Part shown: positions 25,338 to 37,741 of the stretch, in pieces
How the letters are laid out: the number at the start of each line of letters is the position of its first letter
How positions within the stretch are numbered: the stretch's first letter is position 1
Source of the DNA: Paraspadella gotoi
Lineage: Eukaryota > Animalia > Chaetognatha
Direction: 5' to 3'
NCBI GenBank assembly: GCA_051294375.1
Contig: CM119267.1
Location: 20,585,476-20,649,475, forward strand
DNA: 64,000 nucleotides
The notes under the pieces: model-generated
Told to the model about the DNA's origin: nothing
Database searches by the model: none
Seen by the model: only the letters and a program-made list of their open reading frames with translations
Program-made: the position numbers and the translations under genes

Positions 25338-28300
25338 TCAATCCGAGTTTCTTTCCGCCATTTTGTTCCCCATCATTTTGACGAACATGACGGCGCCGGT
25401 GAATTGCGCCCACCAGTATTCCTCCTCCCCGGAGAGTCGCTTTTCGTAAAAAGATGAGACGTACTGAAGCGTCGACAACAGAGATGGCGGGTTCGCTGAA
25501 ACGAGAGAGTCGCGAGTATAAGAATTGGGAATTTAATTGAAAAGCTACGATTTACTCACCTTTAATTAGGACATAGATCAGAACTGGAACGATGTCGTCG
25601 GCTCCCGGAGCCGAACCTTGACTGGCCATCTGTCAAGAGAAAAGGAAGGGAGGTCGTTATAAATTTATTGCGTTCGGATAACATTAACGAACCCGGCAAA
25701 CTTACTTTGAGCAAGTTTTGGATAACGTGGCAACATCTGACGACACATTGAACTTTGTCACGCGGGGTTTTGTAAGCGTTGATGGTAATTATTTCCATCT
25801 GCGCCGAAGGCCAAGGACATTCCGAGTGGAAGGCCTAAAGGTTGTAACATTATTTTACTTTTAAACTTTACAAAACTCGAAAATGTTTGCCCGTTTAGAA
25901 AACACTTTAAACCTTAGGAATGGCAAGCTCCTGACTGTTAGGCGATATATCCTTAGAAAGGCGGTCGATGTGATCACGCATGGCGTCGTCGCGATTGACG
26001 TCTGCGTCGCCGTTGGGATAAAGCGCCGCCGAGTAGATTCGCCCCATTAGGTTGCGTTCCACGGAAAGGCGCGCCTCCTCGAGCTGGGCCTCGCTCGTCA
26101 CTTGCCTTAATTACATTATTGTTCAATTAAAAAAATAAATCAACGTAATAACTAATTTATTAACATATTTAATCGACCACCTACCAAGTGTTGTCTCGGT
26201 CCATTTCGGCGTAGAGAAAGGCCAGCATCTGCTCGACGTACGACACCTTCTCGTCCATGACGGAGAGGCGCTGGAACTCGTTGATGAATTTAAGGAGAGG
26301 TCGGTCAAAGCGCTCGAGAAACTGGCGGACGCAGAGAGCGATGAAGTGCTTCCCGATCGTCTGCTTGTCGCACTGGACTCGCTCTCCTGAAGCGAATTTA
26401 TGTTTTTATATTTTCTATTCTTCAAAATCCGATACAACGATTAACAACATTGAGTGATTAAAACGTTGACTAACCCAAGTGCCTAAGGTGCGCCAACGTA
26501 GACAATTGGTTTTGCTGCGTTTGCACCAAGTAGGCAACGTAAATGGCGCGTTGATGGTAGTCTTCTTGGATACTGTAAAAGGCGTAAAATGAATGAAAAA
26601 CCATGAAAACATTTGTATAAGAAAACTCTTTCCAAACCTCTGAACGAGTTTGACGCAGGCGGAGTTGTCGAACCGCCTCACGCATCTCAGAGTTTCGTTC
26701 AGTTGGGCCACGAGATCCTTGTCCCCGAGGTTGATGGCTTCCGCGAGTTGTACCTGAGATTTTTATATCAATAAAATTCGGTAAAGAAATCGAAAGAGCT
26801 ATCAAAAATGATTTCGAACTTACTTTTAGATAAGTAATCAAATAACTCTCCTGTACTTCGTCTGTTTTGCCCGACCCTCCGGGCATGCCACTGGAAAAAG
26901 TCATCAAACTGGGAAGGGTGTGGTAGTCTGCCGATGCCAAAACCATCCTGGGATTTAAATATTGAATTTTTAAAGGTTTTAACTAATGATACTTGTTTTT
27001 AATTCTCTCATTTTGCAACAATGACGCAACATGCAATCTGATACACTTAGGCCTTTCACGTATAAACGCGTGAAGAAGCCTACCTCAATTTTCTTTTCGC
27101 GTCGGCAAAAGCGGGACACCCTTCGACGTTGTAAGGATCATAGTAGACCGTGGATTCGTCGTCCAAAGACTGACGAGCATGGGTCGCAGAATCCTGAGGA
27201 AAGATGAAAATTATTCTTCACCTCTTAGACGACAATTTAACAAACAAACAAAGCAATCTCCTACCGAAGTGTCCACCAATGTGTGGAAGCGCTCCCTTTT
27301 GTTGGGGGATCGATACTTTTCGAGAATGGAGTCGGATGTCTCGTCAGCCGCTTCCTCAGTAGAGGAAGACGATTTGATGAAACTGGAACCGTTTTCGCCG
27401 TGGACTGTAAAGGAAACCAAGGAGCGTCGAATAATAAGGATAAAACGAATCAAAAAAGAAAACGACATTAAAAAGTAAACAAACCAGTTGCTTCGTCGCT
27501 GCCCCCAAGAGCATTATCCTCAACTCGCTCGTCATTTCTCGTGACGCTCCGCTTCTGCAGGGGCTTTATCCCCTTGAAGCTCGGAATCTTAAAGTTGGGA
27601 ATTTTTTTGAGAAACGCGGGTTTGCCTAATAAGACGTAAAAATAAACAGAATTAAGACCAACCCTTTGGTTCGTAAAAATAAGATAAAAGGCAGTTTTTT
27701 CTCACCAAAAGGTCCGTCGCTATCTCCGGCGCGGAATGGCGATCCACCCTCGTTAAAGGAGTAGCTCTTAGGAATAGCGCCGCCGACGACGCCGCCCGCG
27801 TGCGAGGCGACGACAACGGTGGTAGCACCAGTTGAACCCGGGGCACCGGTGTCGCCCAGCGAAACCAGCATTTTCGGACTCGAACTGAGACGATCGGCGA
27901 TTCTAGCAGCGGCGGCCGCTGCATCGCGTTTTGGTCCATTGACGGAGGAGTCCGCATCGTCGGTGGGGGAAAATAAAAGGGAAGCGATGTTGGAGGACTC
28001 CGAGCGACTCTTTGATGCGGTCGAAAGAACCACAGTGGAAGAGGAGCTAACATAAAAAAAAAAACCAAACTGAAAAAAAAAAACTGAAAAAAATGGGAAA
28101 ATGATCTGGATTAAACTCACCTCGCGCCGACTCCAGGGTCTGCTTCTGAAAGGCTCTCCTCTCCGCGAGGTGTCGCAGAAGCTGGTCGTTCTGCCGGTTT
28201 CGTGTAAAACAACATTGAAGAAAAAATCGGAAAAAAATCTTTACAGGAAAAGAGACTCACCGTTGCCGGAAAAACCATTTTGAATCGCATCCGCCTCCAA

Positions 28301-31300
28301 ATCGCTGGAACTCAATGGATCGAAGACCGAGAGGGCATCGTCGAGCCTAAAGGTGCTTCGTCTCGAAGAAACCGCCAAATCGACGCCGAGATTGAGCGAT
28401 GTCGCGATTCCGTCGACGAGGACGGCGAGTTGATTCTGCGACGTAGCGGACGACGACGTCCCTGTTCCCGCGCTGTGGCCTGAGAGGGATTTGGTGAGTC
28501 GGGTTAGGATAAGAAACCATATCCTCCAGGGTTTCCTCAGTTACTTACCCGATAAGCTGGAAGACGTGGAACCCGTGGGTGAGACCAACGACGATTGAGC
28601 GGCCGTCGACGGGGGTGCCGGAGCAGACGTCGCCGAATCATTCGAATCCAGGGAATCTTTGGGCGAGGCTGTGGTTTTAAAGCATAACAGAAAAAGATAC
28701 AACGGAAATCGTTAAACCGTGGCCCGATGTATAGCACACCTTGAAAAGGATCGCGGAGAGCGACCGACGAAGGATCTGGAGTAGACGCCGTCTTGTGACC
28801 CTTTGATCTCCGACGGAATTGAGCCGTTTCTCCTTTGTTGTTCACCATTCTTAAAGAAAGAAAAGAATAGAAAAATCCAAATAGGCTCTCTGCAAAATGT
28901 TGCGAACAGCGTATGACCGTAATTAATGTTTCTAACAGAGGGATATCTCTGTTGTGATGATGGTTACCCTGATTATACATGACAAATCAATCTGCTACAT
29001 GTTTACCGGTTGATGTCCGAAGAGAAAGGGTCGAACGCTCTTAGCACCGAATCGTTTCTGGGTTCAGCGGTGGGAGCATCGCGCGACCGACCGCCGTGGG
29101 GATGGTGATGATGGTAGTGGTGGGCTACGATGGGCGTGGATAAAAGAATTAAAATAAAGATCCGTGACCCCCCCCCCCGATCAAAAGCGAACAATCGCGA
29201 CTCACTCTTTGATTTTCGCGAGGTCGGGGTCGACGTATGCCCCTCTTCCACCGTCGAAGAGACGGAGAGGGAGGGAAGCGGCTGCCCGGCCGAGAAGAAT
29301 CCCGCGCCGCTCGAAGTGTTGCTGCCGGGCGAATAACCCGTTCCGGCGCCGGAAGTTGAGGACGAGGCCGGCCCGGCGAACGCCCGAGAAGCGCCGGCGG
29401 ATCCGGCGTCGCCGAGAGAACTAGAGGTCGGGGCGTCGCCGGCGACGCCGGTGTCCTCGGAACCGGGAGAGTCGTCGTTGTCCTGGCATTTGGGATTTGG
29501 CATTACGTATTACATAACAAACTCTCGCAGCAAATATCGACTCATTTTCTCACCTGGCCAAGCGTTCTCTGCATTCCGCCAGTTAACTCTTCTTGACTGA
29601 GGCTTCTCCCGCTTCGGCCAGAGATGGAGCCTTCGTCGAGCTCCTTTAATTCGTTGAGCCGCTCCTGCGTCTCGACTTCGCCGCGTCCGTATTCAGAGTC
29701 GGACGCAAGGACGTCCGTGCTCCACGCTTCTGAGCATGCGTCAACACGGTCTAAACCTGATAAAAAAAAAAAACGATTTTCACTAATATACCAGCTAACA
29801 AGACCAAAGAAATAAACATGGAAGCGCTTCTTACCAGATCCCACTTCAAGCAGCCCATGTGGCAGCACCTCCTCCACTATTTCCTCTAACCTCTCCAACT
29901 GGCTGCTCTCGGGAGGCTCAGAAAAATCACTGGCAACCACGTCCGTACTCCAAGAATCTGTGTCAAATACAAACGAATACAAAGTAATAAATACTTATAT
30001 GCGTTAAAAATTATTATCTAAAGGCATTCAGCCACACATTCCACAAACCGGAAATGACTGATTTAGTCTCGTTTTCGTCCAGCAGCGTCCTAATCTCGAA
30101 CTTGTAGAAGGATTCGGAAATGTCCTGCTTCTGCTTCTTAAAGGTTCCGGGAATGTCTTGTCGACCTTCGGGAATGGGAGCCTCTGAGCCTTCGACCTGA
30201 AGGAGAGAAAGAATCTACGGACTACAGTTGTAAAAGTTTCGGCAAGGGGAAAAATATTATCAGTTTCCCTTACCTGCGACAAGGGCGTGTCCCGGCCGGA
30301 AACGTTGGGCGTTCCGCGGCCGCTAACGTTGGCGCTAATCATATCGCTCAGGTTGTCGTTATCATTGCAGTTGGCCTCAAGATCGATGGAAGAGGCAACG
30401 CTCTGATTGGATGCTCCCGCTTCGGATATCGCTTCCAGATTGTATTCGGAAGGACAACCCCCTGTTTGGATGAAGAAGTGGAGAAGCGAAAAAAAAAAGC
30501 TGAAATGGATTAAAAACGGTGAATTGGAAAATGATAACTTTAAGGTAAAATTTAAAAAAAAAGCATTGACAAGTTTCACAGTACTACGCTTCTTTCCTCA
30601 CCCGCGTCGATAGAGTCGTGATCTCCGTGGGAGAAGGAAAAGCGCGTCCTCTTTTCGACGGACTCGACGGTGGAGGAGGCCATCGACGCCGTCTCGTCGA
30701 CCCCGCCCATTGATTCCCCGGCGATGTTCAGAGGTTGAGGTAAAACTGTGGTGTGAGAGCCGGAATGATGATTATGAATAAGATTAACAAAGATCTCTCA
30801 TATCTCACCTGAGCGCGTTGTAGCGGTGACTGTAGCGTTGGAGTCTCGATTGCGGTAGGCTTTGGTCGGCTCGCTTCGCTGTCGTTGGTGATTGGAATGT
30901 AGCGTCAAGACTTTCGTCTCGGAGAGCATGCCTTTAAATAAGGTAAGAGCACGAGTACAAATAACGATGGGATCGTAAAACGTCATCGCAATCACGGAGT
31001 ATAATCATTATTAGAAAAATTGGAGAAAACTGATGATGATGATGATGGAATAGAAATATATTAGTCTTGAGATGATCTTCTTCACAGAATTGTCTCCATC
31101 ATACATGGCAAACATTATTTCGCTTCGAGCACATTTTTTTTTCAAATATAATAAATATCGAGCGGGCTGAAGCAAAAGAATCTCAGTGAAGAGGCTCACC
31201 GGGAACGTCGCTTCTGCTCCCGCTTCCGATCGGGATTGTCAGCACCTCGGAATCCATCCTTTCGTTTTGATTTGTTGTGTTTGTGCCTGAAATGGAGAGG

Positions 31301-34300
31301 AACAGTGATTTAAAATTATTTTTAGGAGGGGGGGGGGAAATAATCTTCAACCAACCGTCCCCGGAGACGGCGGAGCCATCATCCGCGGCGTTGTGCTGAT
31401 GCTGCAGACTTCCTGGACTCGACTGGACAGCGCCGAGTTTCGATCTCGACTTCTTTCCTCCAGACGACGACGCCGGTTTTCGCGGCGTCACGAGCGGAGA
31501 GGAGGAGGGCGAGTGGCCGGGCGTCGAGTTCGTTCCGTGAAGAAAATGAGAGCCTTGCAAGATTGAAGTCAAAAGTCACGATTTCTTTCTTGACAGCTTT
31601 ACTTTTTTCTTCCCCCCCCCCGCTTACCTGTAGACGGCGCGAGGGCGGATGCGACTTGAAGATGATCCGGCAGCGTTTCTGGAAGTCCAGATATTAAGCT
31701 CTCTACGTGGATTCGTTCCTATAGAAAGGAGAAAAAATATTTATTAAGTCACTAATATCAGGAAAAGAAAAGAAAATTTCAAGCCAAACCGGCGAGGCGT
31801 CGGGAAAGGCGGAGGAGATGGAGCGAAAAAAATGCAGCAGAATTCCGAGTTCTTGCGCGGTCATGAGCACCGCGGATCGGGTCGACCCGGCGTCGCCTGT
31901 TGGATAAACGGTAAAATAAAGCCGACTTATCGATTCTCTGGTCCCCCCCAATACTACTAACCTTGCGCTGCGCTTCCCCTTCCTGCTTCGAACGGCGCCG
32001 CGGGTGCCTGCCCATCGACAACATTGGAATCCAAAAGGCCCTCGATCATCAGGCTCAGAGAATTCGCCTGACGGAAAAGGTAAGTCGGTATAAATAGAAG
32101 CAAGCGCATCCAACAAGGACTCGAATAAAGAAACTCACTTGAAACTTGGAGTAAAGATCTCTGACTTTGGGATCGATGTCCTCTCGTTTCGAGACGACGA
32201 GAACTTGTAAAATTTGAGCCACTTGCATCAGGTTGTGTCTGTAAACATTTTTTCTCGTTTAAAAAAGTTTTAAAAAGNNNNNNNNNNAAGTACTGAAGAG
32301 AGAAAATTGGGATACGTCATTTTTCCTACCTGGAAATGTAGGAGATGGAGATGTTGTCGGTGATGCCGAGGGGTTCCGGGTCGCAGATAGCAGGGCAGAT
32401 AAAAAGCGAAAACACGAGATCCGCGCAGACTGCCAACGCCTCCGACTTGAAGTAAGAAGAATTTACGAAGAACAATAATGGTAATTTACTCTGCTGAACT
32501 TATTTAAAACTTACCTGATTCGTACCCCCGCCTTTTTTCAATATTACGGCGTAGAGATGGTTTACCAATATGCGTATGCTCTGAAAAAAAAAAAAAAATT
32601 ATAAGCATTGATCAATTGAAATATAATTCAATACTACGAACATAGTAAAATAATTTTTTTTTTATACCTGCGGAAAGCAATACATGTTGCTCTTGATGCA
32701 CTGGATGAATCTGTTGGCAAAGAGAAAAAGTTTGTTGGTCGTGAATTCTCTATACTTGGCGACGCGGCCGGCGTGATCGGCGGCGTCGGGCCGGCCGAAC
32801 CGCCGAAGGCGCTCTTGTGGGGGGAAACGGACGAACGCCTTGTCCGGGTCGATGTCGTAAAACCTTGAAATAAAAATGATAGGCGAAAGTAAAAATTTTT
32901 AAAGAAACAAATTTTTTTTGCATCATTTTCGCTCAAGAGAAAACGGAGATTGAAACCAAAATTCTTTAAAAGGGAAGCAGCTTCAAGAAATCTAACCATT
33001 CATCGTCCATAAGTATCCTCATGATTGGTTCGTAAAGAGAGGCGGTAAGGAAGAGTTTGGCGGCGTAAAGCGATTCCGAAAAGAGCTTGAAGGTGATGTG
33101 GAAGGCGGTGCTGCTCTTTCGAATCAATCGTCGAGGGTCAGAGGACGCAGGGACCTGTTTCATTTAAACGAAATAAGAATTAGAGTCTGGATGAGAGTCG
33201 TCATTAGGTAATGAAATTGGTACAACCAGTATAAAAATTATCCATTCATTTAATAAATAAACTATCTTGCCCCCGACTTTGGACAGGTTTTGGTGGTTTA
33301 AGGCCTCCATCGCTCTTACAAGATAATGACATAGTATGTCGCTGCAGGCTTTCAATCAAGACTCTCTCACAGTCTCTTTTATTCACTCCCAGAGTACCTG
33401 GCTTCCCTATCAATGAAGTGGTATAATGTTTCAAAGAATGTTTTAATTGTATGAAAAGATTAGGTTTCGTACCTGCAGCCGAATAATTTCCGATAATAGG
33501 CAGAGCATCAGGTTTTCGTCCTCGGCCAGCAAGCAGCTGTTGTAAAGTGACGTGACGATGACCCTCGCGACGGATAAAAGCCCGCCGGAGATGGTCCCGG
33601 GCGGCAACGCGCTCTCGCCCTGAGAGGAACACGAATATGGTAATTGTGCATGACTTTGACATTCATTATTCAAAAAATTATTTGTGTCACCTTGACCAAA
33701 GCCAGCGCCAACGCTTTGGGGCTGTGACGAAATCTCTCTAATGCTTCGCCGTAACGGCTAACGTCAGCGTGACCCAACGATCGGTAAGCGTCTACGAACT
33801 TGACGGCTTCGATCGTATTTGATCTGAGGTAAATTTAATTAAATAATATTTACCCAATTTAAAAAAAAAAACATCTCATTTGCTAAAAAAGAAAAGAACT
33901 TACCTTTGCACGCAAGAAGCGGGTGACGTTGAAGAGTGCATAGTTTCGGAATTCTGTCGCTGATGGGCGCAGACCCAAACCTAGAGAAAAGGCACACTCG
34001 TTAAAAAAGCAAAGACCCTAACCTCTCATAAAAAAAGAGAAGACGTAATTTTCATAAGTCTGACCTGTTGCGCCAAGCCCTGAGACTGCCGCGAGACCTC
34101 CTCATGAAGTTGAACCAACTGACGTTTGGTGTTTTGCACGTAGAGCGTCTCTCGTTTGAGGTGCGCCGAAAGTTTGAGGAGGTCTTCGACGAGGGAGGAA
34201 GAGGAGGATCCGGCGGACGACGACGCCGAGGAGGAGACGGGATGGCCGAGGGCGGATGGAGGGTTGGGAGGAGGAAACGTCGGGCCCGGAGGACCGGGCG

Positions 34301-34331
34301 CAGGCGGCCCCGTGCCCGAGAAGGGCTGCAT
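25338..34331 (-). CDS. GAPVD1: GTPase-activating protein and VPS9 domain-containing protein 1 (RME-6/Gapex-5)
   Basis: N-terminal [16 protein letters not shown]; RasGAP-like [40 protein letters not shown]; [25 protein letters not shown]; [10 protein letters not shown]; VPS9 domain [18 protein letters not shown]...[29 protein letters not shown]...[10 protein letters not shown]. More than 25 exons. Confidence 0.95.
32278..32287. other. Assembly gap (10 N) in a GAPVD1 intron
   Basis: Run of n characters. Confidence 0.99.
33210..33459 (-). mobile_element. Family A element, copy 2 (sense in a GAPVD1 intron), with apparent target-site duplication
   Basis: Similar to copies 1 and 3. Flanked by the direct repeat TTAGGT (33204-33209 and 33460-33465). 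Confidence 0.9.
33263..33325 (-). ncRNA. P5-type twister ribozyme (family A copy 2, more mutated)
   Basis: Same fold as copy 1. P4 is CCUG/CGGG (compatible G-U), the P2 strand is GAGC, and the G before P4 is changed to A. Confidence 0.68.
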
Positions 34332-34769
34332 AGTTTGTGTTTTTTTTTTAAATATGTATCAACGCTAAATATTACTCTCAGTTATGTTTTTCGCTTCCAC
34401 TCTCGATCGAGTTTTCCAATTTCTCATTTTCGATCACCACCCGCGAAAAAAGACTTCCGGACAGACACAAACCATGTTTAGTTTTTTAGCTGTGTATAAG
34501 TGATGGCAAAAAATGTTTTATAAGAAACAATGTTAACGATTTTTGTACGTATTTTAGTCAGAAACGAGAATGCAACGCAAAATTTTATTTCAATACAGTT
34601 CACTTAAAAGTCATCATAGTCCATACTCCATAGTATGAAACGTAAACAGATGACGGTTTAACGTATAGTTTTCTGAAAAGTACGAAATAGCATTAGAATA
34701 ATGGGGCGGAAAAAATCACAGATTAGAAGACAAAAACATTTAATCAGCTGCTAGCTTTGAAGTAGATTA

Positions 34770-36971
34770 TTATTCATTGTGACTGGCATTTTGACACGAA
34801 TCAAAGGCTCTTTCATGCTGGGTCTTCTCTTGAAGCAAGTCTAGAGCCTCGTCAAAATCAAGTTGGGACTTGGGATCCGGCTGACTCTGGACGCCCGTCG
34901 CCTGGACACGAGAAACGCAGGGACCGCTTGGCAACGAGTGCTTTGATATGCCCGGTTCAGCTTCAGACGCGGACGAATCGGTTGGGCAAATCATGGATTT
35001 TCTGATTGGTCGTCTTGGCGAAATGAAGGAAAGCAGCTTTCCCACGCAACCCGGTTTTTTCTTCGGTTCGGGAAGCTCGTCTTCGTCTTCCCTGATCAGC
35101 GGCGTTGACGACCGCTTTAACGGGGAAGATCGTTTGGGCGAACCCTTGCTGCGGATTGCGTAAAAGCTGCTCACTCCGGCCATGTCCATCTGGCTGACAG
35201 TCTCGAAGCTCCCGTCCTTGGAGTCCTCGTCTTCCGCACCCTCGCGGAACCCTTCGACGAAGGACAGCTCCGACAAACGACGACCTTCGTGCGAAGTCTC
35301 CACTGTCGAAACGTCCGTCAGCGACTCTAGCCGACGTTGCTCGGAAGATTCTTGAGGCTTTGCGATCGATTCGAGACGCGACATTTCGTCCTCGTCATCC
35401 TCTATAGAAACGTCTCCGAAATGAGCTGAAGAACCGATGGAAGGAGAATCGTCGAAAGGCACAAGGATCAAAGGTTTCGTCATTGAAGCGCGCTGACGAC
35501 GGGAATCGCTCGAAAACGAGGATGGCTGAGGGTTTTCCGTGGCAGCCCTTAACATGACCTTGGACATTAATTCTTTTCGAGTTTCGACGGCGTCTTCGTC
35601 CTCTGTGAAGAGAGAGAGGGTCGAGGAGTCCTTACGGACTCGCGAGTTAGACGTGAGAAAAGTGTCCGTGGAAGAAACGACGGAGGAGTCTTTGCTTTTG
35701 CGAGCTGCCGAGTTGTCAGAACTCATTTCCGAAAGTTCGTCGTATTCGGTTAAACCCATAGAAACGTTTTCCACGGTGGTGACTGAAGTTGGATGCGAGG
35801 TAGCGATCGGTTCGGGGAGTGGCTCCGTGGAGCTATTATTAGACTGCGAGAGATGACCATTCGCCACTACCCGATCTGAATCTTCGGTAACCGATGTTGC
35901 AGCCGTGATTGCGATCGGGTCCGGGAATGCATTCGTTAGGTTATTTTCAGGTTGCGCGGGATGAATATCTAACGCATTATTGTCCGAACTTTTGGAAGCA
36001 TTCTGGACAGAAACTACTGCGGATGAAGACTCCTTCCTCGATGCTCCCACTGGAGCAGGTTGGGAATGGATTGTTTCGTTTTCTTTCTGGATTAACGCAG
36101 TTTCTCGTCGACTATTCTCTATCGAAGACCTTATATCTCCACCCGCTCGCTCCCGAATTCTCCTGACCTTTTCCAACACGTGCTTCCCCAGCTGTAGGGC
36201 CAACTCCCTCTCCGTTGAATACGGTTTCAACTCGACGTAACTCCTCGGGCACCAGACAAACGGTTCGAGGCGGCGCTGGCCGCCGGTGTCCATGCTTGAG
36301 AGCTGCAAGGCGACGCCCACTTTTTTCCAGGCGTCGAGCAGCTTGAAGGCGACGCTCTTGGTCGTCGGATCCGCGCGGAAGTCTCTCTCTTCGTTGAGAA
36401 CGCAGCGGTGGACGAGGTAGCGGTTGAAAAAAGCCTTCGAGTCGTAGAACCCGCGCCCTCGCTCCAAAAAAACCGGAAAGAGACGGTTGGGCAGACGGGT
36501 CCTCATCAACTCGACCGTGATCGTCCTCCTCATCTCGATCTCAGTAAAGACGAAAACGAACTCGGCCGTGTGCGACTCGATTGAGTCGAGACGGACGACG
36601 AGGCGCGTTCGTCGGACCTGGGCGAACATAACGAAATCTTCCTCCAGGTCCTCGCTGCACGCCGTGGTGAACTCCGAAGCGGCGGAAGCGGAAAAGTCCG
36701 CCGGCGTCTCACGGTTTGTCGACTCGGGAGGAAGATTCGCAAATTCGTCGAGAAACGTCTTGAGAGCATTCTTGGCGGCGCCTTTGAAAATGGCGTGGGC
36801 AAAGTGGCGCCCGTCGAATACGGGGACTTGCACGCCCTCGAGGTTTTCGAAGTCCAGGCGCATGAGGTTGTGAGGAAGGTCGAGAATTTGGACATAGCCG
36901 CTTGGATCCGTCGCGGCGCCGGTGAGCCGACTGAGCAAACGGTGAAAGTAGCCTCGGCGTCTGGTGTCCAT
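34770..36971 (-). CDS. Intronless 733-aa protein of unknown function
   Basis: Uninterrupted ATG-TAA ORF. Globular-looking N-terminal ~280 aa, followed by an S/E/D-rich disordered C-terminus. Confidence 0.8.
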   Translation of the reverse strand: MDTRRRGYFHRLLSRLTGAATDPSGYVQILDLPHNLMRLDFENLEGVQVPVFDGRHFAHAIFKGAAKNALKTFLDEFANLPPESTNRETPADFSASAASEFTTACSEDLEEDFVMFAQVRRTRLVVRLDSIESHTAEFVFVFTEIEMRRTITVELMRTRLPNRLFPVFLERGRGFYDSKAFFNRYLVHRCVLNEERDFRADPTTKSVAFKLLDAWKKVGVALQLSSMDTGGQRRLEPFVWCPRSYVELKPYSTERELALQLGKHVLEKVRRIRERAGGDIRSSIENSRRETALIQKENETIHSQPAPVGASRKESSSAVVSVQNASKSSDNNALDIHPAQPENNLTNAFPDPIAITAATSVTEDSDRVVANGHLSQSNNSSTEPLPEPIATSHPTSVTTVENVSMGLTEYDELSEMSSDNSAARKSKDSSVVSSTDTFLTSNSRVRKDSSTLSLFTEDEDAVETRKELMSKVMLRAATENPQPSSFSSDSRRQRASMTKPLILVPFDDSPSIGSSAHFGDVSIEDDEDEMSRLESIAKPQESSEQRRLESLTDVSTVETSHEGRRLSELSFVEGFREGAEDEDSKDGSFETVSQMDMAGVSSFYAIRSKGSPKRSSPLKRSSTPLIREDEDELPEPKKKPGCVGKLLSFISPRRPIRKSMICPTDSSASEAEPGISKHSLPSGPCVSRVQATGVQSQPDPKSQLDFDEALDLLQEKTQHERAFDSCQNASHNE

Positions 36972-37310
36972 TGCTGGACGATCGAAAGAGTCGAGTAAAA
37001 CGGAATGTATTGCGCGGTTTGACGCAAAATATTCAAACTTAAACGATGGTTAATTTACATAACTGACAAGTTTAAATTTGAGAATCTGGGTAAATATTGG
37101 GTCACGAAGGAAAAAATGGTATCCTATCTAAAATAATTCTAAAGAATAAACAAAAAAAATGTAAATCCACTTTAAAACGAGCCATTGCAGTTTGTGATCC
37201 AGCTTAGTAGTAAGGCTCAAAACGATCTTCATCCATGAGCGGATGTTTTACAATATTTCCTTTATAAAAAAAAAATTAACCTTTCAAAAAATGCTGAAAA
37301 ACTAAAAAAT

Positions 37311-37331
37311 TGTGGCGGTATATTCACACCG
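37311..37331 (+). repeat. Isolated family B terminal hairpin motif
   Basis: TGTGGCGGTATATTCACACCG is identical to the family B head; the downstream sequence is unrelated. Confidence 0.7.
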
Positions 37332-37627
37332 TCTTCTACAAAATTAGGCTATTTCGTCAATATCTCGAAGGGCATTAAAAATACTTAAACGAAACCAGTT
37401 TTAATCATTAAAGCGTAAAAAACTGTATGGGGGTGTGTGTTTCATATTATAAAGGGCATTCCTGGAGATTAATACGCTTCAGAGGTCTATGGGAAAACGA
37501 ACCGTAAAAATTAACAGAAAAAGAAACAAAAAGGATAATTTTTCGAGGGTAAAAAATTAAAGGAATTCAGATATTATGCAATGAAAAATGGTCGAGCGTA
37601 ATAGTTAAAGGCATAAAAAAATGCCTA

Positions 37628-37741
37628 AATTTTATTTTCACCGACCACGGTTTTGGCGTCTAAATAAAAACTACCTTAACCTTAACTACTCTTAATCCTA
37701 ACCCCTCCCTTTCCCTGGTTGGCGAAAGTAAAAGTAACCCC
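37628..37741. repeat. Short inverted-repeat element with AACCCT/AACCTT-like core (Helentron/DINE-like)
   Basis: ATTTTATTTTCACCGACCACGG...GGCGTCT...(CCTTAA-like)n...CTGGTTGGCGAAAGTAAAAGTAACCCC; similar to 53675-53838. Confidence 0.6.
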
